DNA from: an uncultured Gemmatimonadales bacterium
GTDB lineage: Bacteria > Gemmatimonadota > Gemmatimonadetes > Gemmatimonadales > GWC2-71-9
NCBI GenBank assembly: GCA_963748815.1
Contig: CAVVKJ010000010.1
Coordinates: 928,001-992,000, forward strand
Direction: 5' to 3'
DNA length: 64,000 nt
Shown here: positions 34,067 through 46,255 of the stretch, piece after piece
Position numbering within the stretch: position 1 is the stretch's first letter
Layout of the letters: each line of letters starts with the position of its first letter
Position numbers and translations under genes: made by a program
The notes under the pieces: generated by a model
Databases searched by the model: none
Told to the model about the DNA's origin: nothing
The model's input: only the letters and a program-made list of their open reading frames with translations

Positions 34067-36276
34067 ATGAATCCACAGCTGGAATCGTTCCGCTATGACG
34101 ACGCCATCGTGCGGAAATTCCTCTGGGCCACCTTCATCTGGGGCCTGATCGGCATGATGGTCGGATTGCTCATCGCCCTGCAGCTGGCGGTGCCGGCCCT
34201 CAACTTCGACATCCCGCTGGCTCAGCTTCGGCCGGCTCCGCCCGCTGCACACCAACGCGGTGATCTTCGCGTTCGCGGGCAACGCGATCTTCACCGGCGC
34301 GTACTACTCCATCGCAGCGCCTGCTCAAGACGCGGATGTTCAGCGACGTGCTCAGCGCGCTCCACTTCTGGGGCTGGCAGCTGATCATCGTCGCTCGCCG
34401 CCATCACCCTCCCGCTCGGCTTCACGCAGGCCAAGGAATACGCCGAGCTCGAGTGGCCGATCGACATCGCTGATCGCCGTGGTCTGGGTCATCTTCGCGA
34501 TCAACTTCTTCGGCACGCATGGCCAAGCGGCGGGAGCGGCACCTCTACGTGGCGCTCTGGTTCTACATCGCCAGCGATCGTGACCGTGGCCATCCTGCAC
34601 ATCTTCAACAACCTGGTCGGTGCCCGGCCGGGACCCTGAAGAGCTACTCGATCTACGCCGGCGTGCAGGACGCCTTCATGCAGTGGTGGTACGGCCACAA
34701 CGCCGTGGCGTTCTTCCTGACGACGCCGTTCCTCGGGCTGATGTACTACTTCATGCCCAAGGCCGCCGACAGGCCGGTCTTCAGCTACCGGCTGTCGATC
34801 CTGCACTTCTGGTCGCTCGTCTTCCTCTACATCTGGGCCGGCCCGCACCACCTGCACTACACCGCGCTGCCGGAGTGGGCCTCCACGCTCGGCATGATCT
34901 TCTCGGTCATGCTCTGGATGCCGATCTGGGGCGGCATGATCAACGGCCTGCTGACGCTGCGCGGCGGCGTGGCAGAAGGTCGTGGACGACCCGATCCTGA
35001 AGTTCTTCGTGGTCGCCATCACCGCGTACGGCATGTCGACCTTCGAGGGGCCGATGCTCTCGATCAAGAGCGTCAACGCGCTGGCGCACTACACCGACTG
35101 GATCATCGCGCACGTCCACACCGGGGCCCTCGGCTGGAACGGCTTCCTGACCTTCGGCATGATCTACTGGCTGCGCGCCGCGGCTCTTCCAGACCAAGCT
35201 CCACAGCGAAGAAGCTGGCGGAGGTGCACTTCTGGATCGCCACCTTCGGCATCATGCTCTACGTCGTCGCGATCTACAGCGCCGGCGTCACGCAGGGGCT
35301 GATGTGGCGTGCCTTCGACGAGACCGGCCGCCTGAGTATCCCGACTTCGTCGAGACGGTCATCCGGCTGATGCCGATGTACTGGGTGCGCGTGGCCGGCG
35401 GCACGCTCTACCTCGTCGGGCATGCTGCTCTTCGGCTGGAACATCCTGATGACCTGGCAGGCGCGCCCGGCGACGTACGAGGAGCCGGTGATCCAGGCCG
35501 CGCCGCTCTCGACGGCCTACGTGGCGGAGCCGGCGCCCGCGCCGGCGGGCGACGGGCTCATCGGCTGGATCCGCGGCGATGCGCTGCCACCGCACCTGGG
35601 AGCGGATGCCGGTCATCTTCACGGTGCTGGTCGCGCTCGCGGTGGTCGTGGCCTCGCTGTTCGAGATCATCCCGACCTTCCTGATCAAGTCGAACGTGCC
35701 GACGATCGCGTCGGTCAAGCCGTACACGCCGCTCGAACTGGCCGGACGCGACATCTACATCCGCGAGGGGTGCTTCAACTGCCACTCGCAGATGATCCGC
35801 CCGCTCCGCTACGAGACCGAGCGCTACGGCGAGTACTCCAAGCCGGGCGAGTTCGTGTACGACCACCCGTTCCTCTGGGGCTCGCGCCGCATCGGGCCGG
35901 ACCTGGCGCGCGAGGGCGGCAAGTATCCCGACCTCTGGCACGTGCGGCACTTCGCCGAACCCGCAGCGACCTGGACGGCCAAGTCGATCATGCCGGCGCT
36001 ACCCGCACATCGCTGACCAACCCGACTCGACTTCGACGGGATCCAGAAGCGCGTGGACGCGATGGCGATGCTCGGCGTGCCCTACGGCGACGCGGTCAAC
36101 GACGCCCCCGGCATGGCCCGGGCGCAGGCGGCGCACGATCGCGGCAGTCCATCGCCTCGCAGGGCGGCCCCGCCGATCTCTCCGACAAGGAGATCGTGGC
36201 CATCGTGGCCTACATCCAGCGGCTCGGGCGCGACATCAGCGCCCCCTCGGCGGCCGGCGCCGCGGGAGCGCCGTGA
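34067..36276 (+). CDS. ccoN: cbb3-type cytochrome c oxidase subunits I+II, apparent CcoNO fusion; many frameshifts
   Basis: [32 protein letters not shown] and HVHTGALGW (CcoN); [13 protein letters not shown] and [12 protein letters not shown] (CcoO); spread over several frames. Confidence 0.88.
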
Positions 36277-36277
36277 C

Positions 36278-36481
36278 ATGCGCCTCTCCGACATCATGAG
36301 CAACGCCGGACTCTCCACCTACGCGGAGGTTGCGCTGGTCCTCTTCCTGATCGCCTTCCTGCTGATCACCCTGTCGGTGTTCGCACCGTCACGCAAGCAG
36401 GAGTTCGACGAGGCCAGCCGCATGCCGCTGGATGACACCCACCCCCAGACACCGCGCCACGGCCGAGGAGATGCGTCATGA
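36278..36481 (+). CDS. ccoQ: cbb3 oxidase subunit CcoQ
   Basis: Single TM followed by RKQEFDEASRMPLDD. Confidence 0.82.
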   Translation: MRLSDIMSNAGLSTYAEVALVLFLIAFLLITLSVFAPSRKQEFDEASRMPLDDTHPQTPRHGRGDAS

Positions 36482-37077
36482 GCGCCTCGCACGACGAAGA
36501 TCGGCTGCTCGACCACGACTACGACGGCATCCAGGAGTACGACAACCCGATGCCGCGCTGGTGGCTGTACATCTTCTGGGGGTCGATCGTCTGGGCCGCG
36601 CTGTTCTGGTTCAACGTGCCCGGCATCGGCGTGGGCAAGGGCATGATCGCCGACTACGACGCGTCCGATGGCGGCTGCCGCGGCCGAGTTCCCGCCGACG
36701 CCGCATACCGCCCCCGTCGCCGACCAGTTGCTGGCCATGGCAAGCCGACCCGGCGGCGCTCGGCGCTGGCAAGGCGGTCTTCGATGCACGAACTGCGTGG
36801 CCTGCCACGCCGCCGACGGCGGCGGCGTCATCGGCCCCAACCTGACCGACGACTTCTGGATCCACGGCGGATCGCCGGAGGCGATCTACACGACGGTCGC
36901 ACGATGGCGTCCTCGCCAAGGGCATGCCCGCCTGGGGCCAGAGCCTGAAGCCGGACGAGGTCACCGCCGTGACGGCCTACGTGATTTCCCTGCAGGGCAC
37001 CACCCCGGCGACCCCGAAGGCGCCGGAGGGGACGGCCGCCGACGTCCCCCACCCAGCGGGAGTTGAGGAGCAGCTGA
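36478..37077 (+). CDS. ccoP: cbb3 oxidase subunit III (short, mono-heme CcoP); frameshifted
   Basis: HDYDGIQEYDNPMPRWW; CVACH..GPNLTD..WIHGG; MPAW; end approximate. Confidence 0.85.
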
Positions 37078-37082
37078 ACCAC

Positions 37083-38543
37083 ATGAGCACCACGAACGCG
37101 TCCCACCCCACCGCCCCCGGGCGGGTGCTGCCGACCCTGAACGAGGACGGGTCGCGCCGCTGGATCCGCCCGAAGCTCTCGCCCGGCGGCTTCTGGCGGA
37201 CGCGGCGTGTCGTGGCGTACGCCCTGATGGTGATCTTCTTCGTGATCCCCTACCTGCGGCATCAACGGCAAGCCGCTCGATCCTGCTCGACGTGCCGCGC
37301 CGGCAGTTCACCCTCATCGGCTACACCTTCCTGCCGACCGACACGCTGCTGCTTCATGCTGCTGCTGATGAGCATCGCCATCTCCATCTTCCTGCTTCAC
37401 GGCGCTCTTCGGGCGCGTGTGGTGCGGCTGGGCCTGTCCGCAGACCGTCTACATGGAATTCCTCTTCCGCCCGATCGAGCGATTCTTCGAGGGGGGCCGG
37501 AGCGGGTCGGCGGCGATGGACAAGGCGGGCAGCACTTCCAGCCGCGGCGCCTGGCGAAGAACGCCGTGTACCTGCTGCTGGCGCTCTTCCTGGCCCACAC
37601 CTTCCTCGCCTACTTCGTCGGCGTCGAGCAACTGCTCGCATTGGGTGCGGCAGTCGCCCGTTCGAGCACCCGACGCTCGTTCCTGATCATGGCGGGGACG
37701 ACCGCGCTGATCTTCTTCGACTTCGCCTACTTCCGCGAGCAGACCTGCCTGTCGCCTGCCCCTACGGCCGGCTGCAGTCGGTCCTGCTCGACCGCCAGTC
37801 GCTCATCGTCGGCTACGAGCCGCGGCGGGGCGAACCGCGCACGCTCAAGATGAAGGGCCGCCCGGACGACGCCGGCGACTGCATCGACTGCGGCGCCTGC
37901 GTCGCTGACCTGCCCCACCGGCATCGACATCCGCGACGGGCTGCAGATGGAGTGCATCCACTGCACGCAGTGCGCGGACGCCTGTGACGCCATCATGGAC
38001 AAGGTCGGGAAGCCCCGCGGACTCATCCACTACACGTCGCAGAACACGGTCGAGGGGAAGCCCACCCGGTTCCTCCGACCCCGCGTGGTCCTCTACCCGG
38101 CCGCCCTCGCCGTGGCCGTCGGGCTGCTGGCGTTCAACCTCGGCACCAAGGCGGACACCGACGTCACGCTGCTGCGCGGCGCCGGCGCGCCCTTCACCCG
38201 GCAACCGAACGGCAGCGTGGTCAACCAGATCCGCGTGAAGATCACCAATCGCGCGGCGGTCGAACGCGCCTACCGCCTCGAGATTTCCGGCGTGGCGGGC
38301 GCATCGCTGATCACGCCCCGCAACCCCGTCACCGTCCCCGGCGACAAGACGGTCGAGACCAGCATCTTCGTGGTGGTGCCGGAGACGAGTTTCGAGGACG
38401 ACCGGCTCCCCTCCACGATCCGGGTCACCGACGGCGCCGGATTCAGCATCGACATCCTCTTCGAACTGGTCGGCCCGGAACGGGAGCACGACGACGACGA
38501 ATCGCCGATGGCGCGCGGGCCGGCGGGCACCGCGATCCCGTGA
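37083..38543 (+). CDS. ccoG: Cytochrome c oxidase accessory protein CcoG/FixG; frameshifted
   Basis: WCGWACPQTV, CPYGRLQ, CIDCGAC, CPTGIDIRDGLQMECIHCTQCADACD. Confidence 0.88.
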
Positions 38544-39025
38544 ACGCCTCCAAGCTGTGGCCCGCCGCGCTCGTGGCGGTGCTGGGCATCACGGTCCTCG
38601 CGAACGTCGCCATCTATTGGACCGCCAACCACGACACCTCCTTTGCCGTGGAGCCCGACTACTACCAGCGCGCCATCGACTGGGATTCCACCGTCGCGCG
38701 CGGGCAACGAAGCGCCGCCCTCGGCTGGGATACCAAGGTCCAGCTCGCTCCCCCCGAAGGGGGCCACGCCACCTTGTCCGTGACGATCACCAACCGCGAC
38801 GGGCTCCCGCTCGACTCCGCCGACGTCCGGGCCGTCCTCAGTCACAACGCGCAGGGCGCCACCGTCTACTCCCTGCGACTCCTCGCCGCCGGCCCAGGCC
38901 TCTACGCCGCCCGGGTTCCCTCCACCGCCCAGGGGCTCTGGCGCCTCGACCTCGCGGCCACGCGCGGGGACGACGCCTTCGTCGAACGCATCACCGTGGA
39001 CAACGGCACCCCGCACGCGCCATGA
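38540..39025 (+). CDS. ccoH: FixH/CcoH family protein
   Basis: N-terminal TM, VEPDYYQRA, ALGW; position in operon. Confidence 0.8.
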   Translation: MNASKLWPAALVAVLGITVLANVAIYWTANHDTSFAVEPDYYQRAIDWDSTVARGQRSAALGWDTKVQLAPPEGGHATLSVTITNRDGLPLDSADVRAVLSHNAQGATVYSLRLLAAGPGLYAARVPSTAQGLWRLDLAATRGDDAFVERITVDNGTPHAP

Positions 39026-39726
39026 ACGCCCTCGTGCTCTCGGTCCTCGGCGCGAGCCTCCTCGGCAGTCCGCATTGCGCCGCCATGTGCGGTGGATTCG
39101 TCTGCTTCTTCAGCGGCCAGCAAGGCGCCAGGACGAACTGGCTCACCCACGCCACATACCACGCCGGGCGGCTCGTCGCCTACGCCCTGCTCGGCGCTGC
39201 CGCCGGCATGGCCGGCGCGGGGTTCGACCTCGCGGGCCGCATGGCCGGGTTCCAGCGCCCCGCCGCCGTGGCCGCCGGCACCTTGCTGATCCTCTGGGGC
39301 CTGGCAGGCCTCGCCGCGGCCGCCGGATTCGGCCGGACCGCGACCGCGGCACCCGCCGGCTTTCGGATGCTCCTCAGCCGCGCCATCGCCCGCGTGGCGG
39401 ACAAACCTCCCATCATCCGTGCCCTGACCGTCGGGCTGCTCACCGCGCTGCTCCCCTGCGGTTGGCTCTACGTTTTCGTCGCCACAGCGGCCAGCACCGG
39501 ATCGGCGCTGAGTGGCGCCATCGTGATGGCGGCGTTCTGGGCGGGGACCGTGCCTGTCCTGGCCGGCGTCGGCGCGCTGGCCCAGCGCGCCGCGGGCCCT
39601 CTCCGGGCCAGGTTGCCGGTCGTGACCGCCGCCGTCCTCCTCGTGCTCGGCGTCCTGACCGTGGCCGGGAAGTTCCAGATGCCGCACGCCGCCGCCCACC
39701 CCCCCGCGGCCCATGACAGCCACTAG
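39022..39726 (+). CDS. DsbD_2/TauE-like membrane protein of cco clusters
   Basis: GSPHCAAMCGG, YHAGR, LLPCGWLY and MAAFWAGTVP motifs. Confidence 0.87.
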   Translation: MNALVLSVLGASLLGSPHCAAMCGGFVCFFSGQQGARTNWLTHATYHAGRLVAYALLGAAAGMAGAGFDLAGRMAGFQRPAAVAAGTLLILWGLAGLAAAAGFGRTATAAPAGFRMLLSRAIARVADKPPIIRALTVGLLTALLPCGWLYVFVATAASTGSALSGAIVMAAFWAGTVPVLAGVGALAQRAAGPLRARLPVVTAAVLLVLGVLTVAGKFQMPHAAAHPPAAHDSH

Positions 39727-42135
39727 CGCCCTGAGCCAGTCGGCTCGGACCACCGCCTGCGTCCACTGCAGCCTCCCGGTGCCAACGGCGCTGATCAGGT
39801 CCGACGGCGAGTCGTCCTTCTGCTGCGGCGGATGCGCCACCGCCTACGCCATCATCCATGAGGGCGGGCTCGACAGGTACTACGACCTGCCGGACAAGCG
39901 GTTCGCCCCCGTCGCGCCGAGCGGTCGCTCGCTTCGACGAGTTCGACCACCCCACATTCCAGGAGCTGCTATGTGCGGTCCCGCGCCGACGGGACCGTCG
40001 ACACCGAGCTCTACCTCGACGGTGTGCATTGCGCCTCCTGTGTCTGGCTGGTGGAGCGGGTCCCGCTGCTTGTTCCGGGCGTCATCCGGGCGGAGCTCGA
40101 AGTGGGACGCGCGCTCGCGCGCATCGCATGGAATCCCGCCGACACCTCGCTGAGTGCCGTCGCCCGGTTTCTCGATACGCTGGGCTATCGGCCGCATCCC
40201 TTCCGCGCCCAGCGGGTCGAGGAATTGCGCCGCCTCGAGGACCGGACGGCGATGCTTCGGATCGGCGTGGCCGGCGCGCTGGCCGGCAACGTGATGATGC
40301 TCGCGGTGGCGCTCTACAGCGGGTGGTTCGCGGGGATGGAACCGGCCTTCGTGCGCTACTTCCGCTGGCTCAGCCTGCTCCTGACGGCTCCGGTGCTGCT
40401 CTGGCCGGGCCGGGTGTTCTTCCAGGGGGCGCTCGCCTCCTTCCGGACTCGCCGCCTCCACATGGACCTGCCGATCGCCATCGCCCTCGGCGCGGGGTTC
40501 GCGCGCGGCGTGGCGAACACCATCACCGACACGGGGCCGATCTACTTCGACGGCGTGGCGATGCTGGTCTTCCTCCTGCTGGTCGGACGGTTTCTCCAGC
40601 AGCGGGCGCAGCGCGCCGCCACCGACGCCACGAGCCTGCTGCACGGCCTCACCCCATCCGTGGCCCGTTTGATCGACGGCGACGCCATCCGGGAGGTGCC
40701 CGTCGAGGCGCTCCTGCCGGGGGTCACGGTGGAGGTGCGCGCCGGGGAGACCTTCCCCGCCGACGGGACCGTGACGGTGGGGGTGTCGCAGGTCGACCTC
40801 TCACTCCTGACCGGCGAGTCGCGCCCGGTGCGCGCGGCGCCGGGGTCGAAGACGTGGGCCGGCACCGTCAACCTTGCCGCCGCGCTCAGGATGGAAGTCA
40901 CGCAGGCCGGCGAGGAGAGCCGCGTCGGGCGACTGGTGCGGGAGGTGGCCGCCGGGGCGGGCCGCCGCGCGCGCATCGTGCTGCTGGCGGACCGCGTCGC
41001 CGGGTGGTTCGTGGCGGCGGTGTTGCTGCTCGCCGTCGGGACCTGGTGGTACTGGAGCGGTGTTTCCCCGGACGCGGCGCTCGACAACGCCATCGCCCTG
41101 CTGATCGTGACCTGCCCCTGCGCGCTGGCTCTGGCCACGCCGCTGGCCGTGACCGTGTCGATCGGCCGGGCCGCCCGGCAGGGGATCCTGATCCGCGGCG
41201 GCGACGCGCTCGAGGCGCTTGCACGTCCAGGCACGATGTACCTCGACAAGACGGGCACCGTCACGGAAGGGAAGTTCCGGCTCACGAGCTGGAGGGGCCA
41301 TGAAGGCGTCCGGCCGCTTGTCGCCGCGCTGGAGCGTCACTCCAACCACCCGGTGGCTTCGGGGTTCCTGGCGGCGTGGCCCGACCTGGATGCTCCCCTC
41401 GCGTCCGGGGTACGGCAGACGCTGGGCGGCGGGATCGAGGGGCATGTGGCGGGGCGTGACGTCATCGTCGGGTCACCGACGTTCGTGCGCGCGCACGCGA
41501 CAGGCGCGCCTCCCGTGGGCGCTCCGGTCCCTGGCGATACACCGGTCTGGATCGCGGTGGATGGCACGGTCGTGGCCGGCGCGACCTTCGGTGATCCGCT
41601 CCGCCCCGAGGCCCCGGCCGTCGTCGAGCGCCTGCGGCGGCACGGGTGGTCGGTGCAACTGCTTTCCGGTGACGCCTCCGAAGTCGTGCGGTCTGTTGCA
41701 GGCCAGCTCGGCATCGGCGCCGGCGCCTGGCGGGGCGACGTCACGCCGGAGGGAAAGCTGCAGGAAGTCGAGCGGGCGGCGGCGACCGGCGCGGTGGCGA
41801 TGGTGGGCGACGGCGTCAACGATGCAGCCGCCATGGCGCGGGCCACCGTCGGCGTCGCGGTACGTGGGGGCGCCGAGGCGTCGCTGGCAGTGGCGGATGT
41901 ATATCTCTCGCGCCCGGGGCTCGATGCGCTGGCCCAGCTGGTGGAAGGGGCCGAGCGGACGCTCGGGGTCATCCGACGCAACGTCGCGTTGTCGCTCGTC
42001 TACAACGTCGTGGGGGCGGGACTGGCCATGGGGGGATGGATCAACCCGCTGGTGGCGGCGTTCCTGATGCCGGCGAGTTCGATCACCGTGGTGCTGGCGT
42101 CGTGGCGGAGCCGCACCTTCGAGGGGGACGCGTGA
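39713..42135 (+). CDS. ccoI: Cu-transporting P1B ATPase CcoI/FixI; frameshifts near 39930-39975
   Basis: CVHC...FCCGGC N-domain; HCASC HMA; CPCALALATP; DKTGT; YN; MPASS. Confidence 0.9.
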
Positions 42136-42302
42136 GCGTCATCTACCTGGTCCTGCCGATTGCGCTGCTGCTCCTGGCCGGGGCGATCGCCGCCTACGCC
42201 TGGGCGGCGCGGCGGGGGCAGTTCGACGATCTCAAGACGCCCGCAATGCGGGCGCTGCATGACGATGACAAACCTGCTCGGGGGGGCAACCCGAAGGCTT
42301 GA
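42132..42302 (+). CDS. ccoS: cbb3 oxidase maturation protein CcoS
   Basis: TM followed by WAARRGQFDDL. Confidence 0.9.
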   Translation: MSVIYLVLPIALLLLAGAIAAYAWAARRGQFDDLKTPAMRALHDDDKPARGGNPKA

Positions 42303-42318
42303 GTCGTCGAGCAGGCGA

Positions 42319-42801
42319 TCAGGGGTACTTTCGCTTCCAGCTCTGGACCCGTGCGCCGACAAAGCCGCCGAGAACGGCGCCAACGGTCGCCCCGACAAGG
42401 AAGCTCCCAACCACCGCAACGCCATCCGACCCGCAATCCGACTCGCACAAACTGGCGGTAGCCGCGTAAGCCGCCACTCCAAGGACACCAACTGCCGCCC
42501 CTCCAATGATGGCACCGGTCTTGGCCGATCCACCCCGCACCCAGAGCGTATCGATTGCCGGGATCGGAATCCGCCGGACCATGTCGTCCTCAGCGAAGTC
42601 GAGGGTGTCGTTCACCGCGACCCCCGCCTTGCCGACCAGCCGGTTCATCGCCTCGCCGCTGATGCGGATCTGCTGACCGGTGTTGAGCTTCGCGACGGCG
42701 CTGTCGCGTTTGGCAGCGGCCTCCTGCGCGGAGGCGGAGACTGGAAGATGAGCCGCCGCGATCAGGACACCGAGTGCCACCCAGCAGCGTGTCCGGATCA
42801 T
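42319..42801 (-). CDS. Hypothetical exported protein with Gly-zipper-like TM hairpin
   Basis: Signal peptide; GAIIGGAAVG...GATVGAVLGGFVG. Confidence 0.65.
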   Translation of the reverse strand: MIRTRCWVALGVLIAAAHLPVSASAQEAAAKRDSAVAKLNTGQQIRISGEAMNRLVGKAGVAVNDTLDFAEDDMVRRIPIPAIDTLWVRGGSAKTGAIIGGAAVGVLGVAAYAATASLCESDCGSDGVAVVGSFLVGATVGAVLGGFVGARVQSWKRKYP

Positions 42802-42814
42802 GGGACTCCCGTGC

Positions 42815-43876
42815 CTATTTGGTGAGCGCGGCCCGTGCCGCCAGGATGGCGTCGATCAGCGGAGCGGAGTCGAACCGGACCGGGTCGGTGCACGGCAATC
42901 CCGTTTCCCTGGCGGCCTTGGCGATGGCCGCCTTCGCCGCCACGTCGTCAAGGTCGTAGGTGTTCAGGCAAATGCCGATCACCTTGGTCGGGTGCACCGC
43001 CGAGCCGATGTCTTCATACCAGCGGATGTAGTCGGTCAGCGGGGGAATCTTGACCCACGCTCCCGCGCGGTAGTCGCCCACGTGCTGGCGGCTGGCCTGG
43101 TGGCAGAGGATCAGCGCATCGGGGCAGGAGCCGTGGAGCAGGCTCAGCGTGACCCCGGAATAGCCGGGGTGGTTGATGCTCCCCTGCCCCTCCACCAGCA
43201 CGATGTCGGCATCCTTGCTCCCCTGCAGCACCAGTTGCTCCGCGGCGCCGCCGGTAAAGTCGGAGACCACCGCATCCACCGAAATGCCCCACCCCTCGAT
43301 CATGATGCCGGTCTGTCCGGTGGCCACGAAGGTGGTCCGCTGGCCGCGTGCCTTGAGCTGTTTCACCAGTTGCAGCTGCGCGGTCATCTTGCCGACGTTG
43401 CAGTCGGTCCCGACCGTCAGCACCACCAGCGCGTCCACATCCTTGGCGAGGCCGCTGGAGACGGGGATGTCGGCGGGGGGCTTCCGGAGGTCGAGCAGCT
43501 TGGCGCCGCTGGCCCGGGCCCGCTCCACCAGCATCGGGTCGTCGGCGAGGAAGCTGTGCAGCCCGCTCCAGATGTCGCACCCGGCGTCGAGCGCCTCCGC
43601 CAGCCAGGTCCGCCACTGCTCCGGCAGTCGCCCGCCGACCGGGGCGATCCCGATCAGCACCGCATCGGGCTTGAACGCCAAGCCTTCGCGCATCGTGCCG
43701 ACCACCGGAATCGGTCCGCCGTAGCCGAGGACATCCTGCGCGGTCTTCCCGACCAGCTGGCTGTCGAGGACCGCCACGGTGCGGTCCGGGAGGTACCGGA
43801 TGATCGAGTTGGCGGTCTTGGAGGTGAGGGGGCCGAAATCGCGATCGGCCAGGATCAGGAAGCGGGTGGCGCTCAT
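42815..43876 (-). CDS. DUF1611 family protein (DgcN-like, P-loop)
   Basis: VGTDCNVGKMT, ATGQTGI, VEGQGS and LLHGSCPD motifs. Confidence 0.88.
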   Translation of the reverse strand: MSATRFLILADRDFGPLTSKTANSIIRYLPDRTVAVLDSQLVGKTAQDVLGYGGPIPVVGTMREGLAFKPDAVLIGIAPVGGRLPEQWRTWLAEALDAGCDIWSGLHSFLADDPMLVERARASGAKLLDLRKPPADIPVSSGLAKDVDALVVLTVGTDCNVGKMTAQLQLVKQLKARGQRTTFVATGQTGIMIEGWGISVDAVVSDFTGGAAEQLVLQGSKDADIVLVEGQGSINHPGYSGVTLSLLHGSCPDALILCHQASRQHVGDYRAGAWVKIPPLTDYIRWYEDIGSAVHPTKVIGICLNTYDLDDVAAKAAIAKAARETGLPCTDPVRFDSAPLIDAILAARAALTK

Positions 43877-43990
43877 CGGTATGGGTGCCCGTTGGCAGGT
43901 TGGGGAATGGACAAAGTTACCGATGCCACAAGGGGCGTGGAAGGGGGGAATCCCCTTGCACGCCCCGTGCGACCGCGACAGACGGACCCG

Positions 43991-44767
<777 letters not shown>

Positions 44768-44773
44768 CGGGCA

Positions 44774-45169
44774 TCACCTTTCGCGATACGGCGCCAGGGC
44801 GCCCAGGTGGGTCGCCAGCGCCAGCGTGAGCGAATCGAAGCTGGCCTCGAACTCGCTGAAATCCAGATTGTCCAGCTCGAGGGTGTCCGTCAGGACGACG
44901 TGATCACCCTCCACCCCGTAGGATCCGTGCACCAGGTCGGTCGCGTTGTACTCCAGCAGCTGCCGATAGAGCTCCGCGCGGCGGGCCGGTTCGCCCGGCA
45001 GCGCCATCACCCGCACGCGGAGGATCAGGACGGGTGGGGAGAAGCTGACCACCACCTCCGACTCCTCCGACGTCCGCACCTTCCAGAGCCCGTCTTCCAG
45101 TTCTTCGACAGTCCCCCCGGCCGCTTCCATGCGGTCCAGGAACGACTGGACGTCATCCCGTGTGACCAT
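44774..45169 (-). CDS. CesT/Tir-chaperone-like (T3SS chaperone fold) protein
   Basis: Acidic 131 aa; LYRQLLEYNA.DLVHGSYG...VVL.DTL.L.NLD..EF pattern. Confidence 0.72.
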   Translation of the reverse strand: MVTRDDVQSFLDRMEAAGGTVEELEDGLWKVRTSEESEVVVSFSPPVLILRVRVMALPGEPARRAELYRQLLEYNATDLVHGSYGVEGDHVVLTDTLELDNLDFSEFEASFDSLTLALATHLGALAPYRER

Positions 45170-45221
45170 GACACCCCCTCTGCAAGAATCTAACCGCGGC
45201 GGTGACGCCGCCAAACGCCCC

Positions 45222-45569
45222 TCAATTGGGGGGGAGTCGCGATGGCTCCTCGGCGCGCTGCCGCGCCAGCAGCCGTTCCGTGAAGTCCAGGCGCTCCTCA
45301 AGTTCGACCATCCGGTTTCGCATGTCGTACAGCTCGTCCAGTACCTCCGGATGGGGCTCGGCCTGGGCCATCGTCCCCTGGTGGATGCGGGCCGCCAGCG
45401 CCTTGCCGAGTGGCCCCTTCAGCACGACCGCCCCGACCACCCCGCCGGTGATCAGCGCCGGAATCGCGAAGTCCTCGCCGATCACGACGGAGAGCGCGAT
45501 GAACGCGCCGAGCATGACGACGCTGACGATCGTGATGGCGGTGTACAGCGGGACGTTTGATTCCCTCAT
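45222..45569 (-). CDS. Array member 11: 2-TM protein with ELEERLDFTERLL coiled coil
   Basis: 115 aa; close paralog of member 10. Confidence 0.85.
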   Translation of the reverse strand: MRESNVPLYTAITIVSVVMLGAFIALSVVIGEDFAIPALITGGVVGAVVLKGPLGKALAARIHQGTMAQAEPHPEVLDELYDMRNRMVELEERLDFTERLLARQRAEEPSRLPPN

Positions 45570-45901
45570 GACAGTCGCTCCGGTTCGCGGGCCTGTGCCA
45601 GCAGCCGTTCGGCGAAGTCGAGCCGCTCCTCAAGCTCCAGCACGCGGTTTCGAACCTCGTCCAGCTCCTCGATCAGCTCGACCGGTACCTCGCTGGGCGC
45701 GGTGGCCACGCTGCCAATGCGCTGGGCGAGGGCCTTGCCCAGCGGGCCCCGGAGGACGACGCCCCCCACCACGCCGCCGGTGATCAGCGCCGGAATCGCA
45801 AAGTCCTTCCCGATCACGAGCGAGAGCAGGATGAACGTTCCGAGCAAGACCCCGCTGATGACTCCGCTGGTGATGTAAAACGCTTCGTTGGGCGACTTCA
45901 T
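45566..45901 (-). CDS. Array member 10: 2-TM protein with ELEERLDFAERLL
   Basis: 111 aa; ATGA overlaps on both sides. Confidence 0.85.
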   Translation of the reverse strand: MKSPNEAFYITSGVISGVLLGTFILLSLVIGKDFAIPALITGGVVGGVVLRGPLGKALAQRIGSVATAPSEVPVELIEELDEVRNRVLELEERLDFAERLLAQAREPERLS

Positions 45902-46255
45902 CTCAGCCGTTCCGGTTCGCGGGCCTGGGCCAGGAGCCGTTCGGCGAAGTCGAGCCGCTCCTCGAGTTCGTGCAGCCGAAGTTCGCCCTGTTCCAGCTGC
46001 GCCAGCCGTGCCTCCACGTCTGCAAGCCGCTCAGCGGTGAACTCCCCGCTCGATGCGGGCGGGAGTGCCCGGAGCGCGAAGTGCCGGCGCACCCCAAGCA
46101 CGACTAGGGACGTGCCGCCGACCGCGGCGAGCATCGCCGACGCCGCGCCGTGGCTGAGGAACTGGGCACCGACCGTCATCACGGCCACGGTGACGCCGAT
46201 CGTGAATCGTCAGGTCGATTCCGTCGAGTCCGAATGTCCGCCTGATCCAGCTCAC
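45898..46255 (-). CDS. Array member 9: 2-TM protein with ELEERLDFAERLL; frameshift near 46200
   Basis: MSWIRRTFGLDGIDLTIH in one frame; remainder in the 45898..46188 frame. Confidence 0.8.

Noticed and set aside
36924..37853. CcoP-CcoG fusion
   Set aside because: Lies in the indel-rich zone; a GAGGAG SD and ATG at 37083 indicate a separate ccoG start.
34200..37950. Programmed ribosomal frameshifting in cco genes
   Set aside because: Too many shifts at non-slippery sites; sequencing error is more parsimonious.
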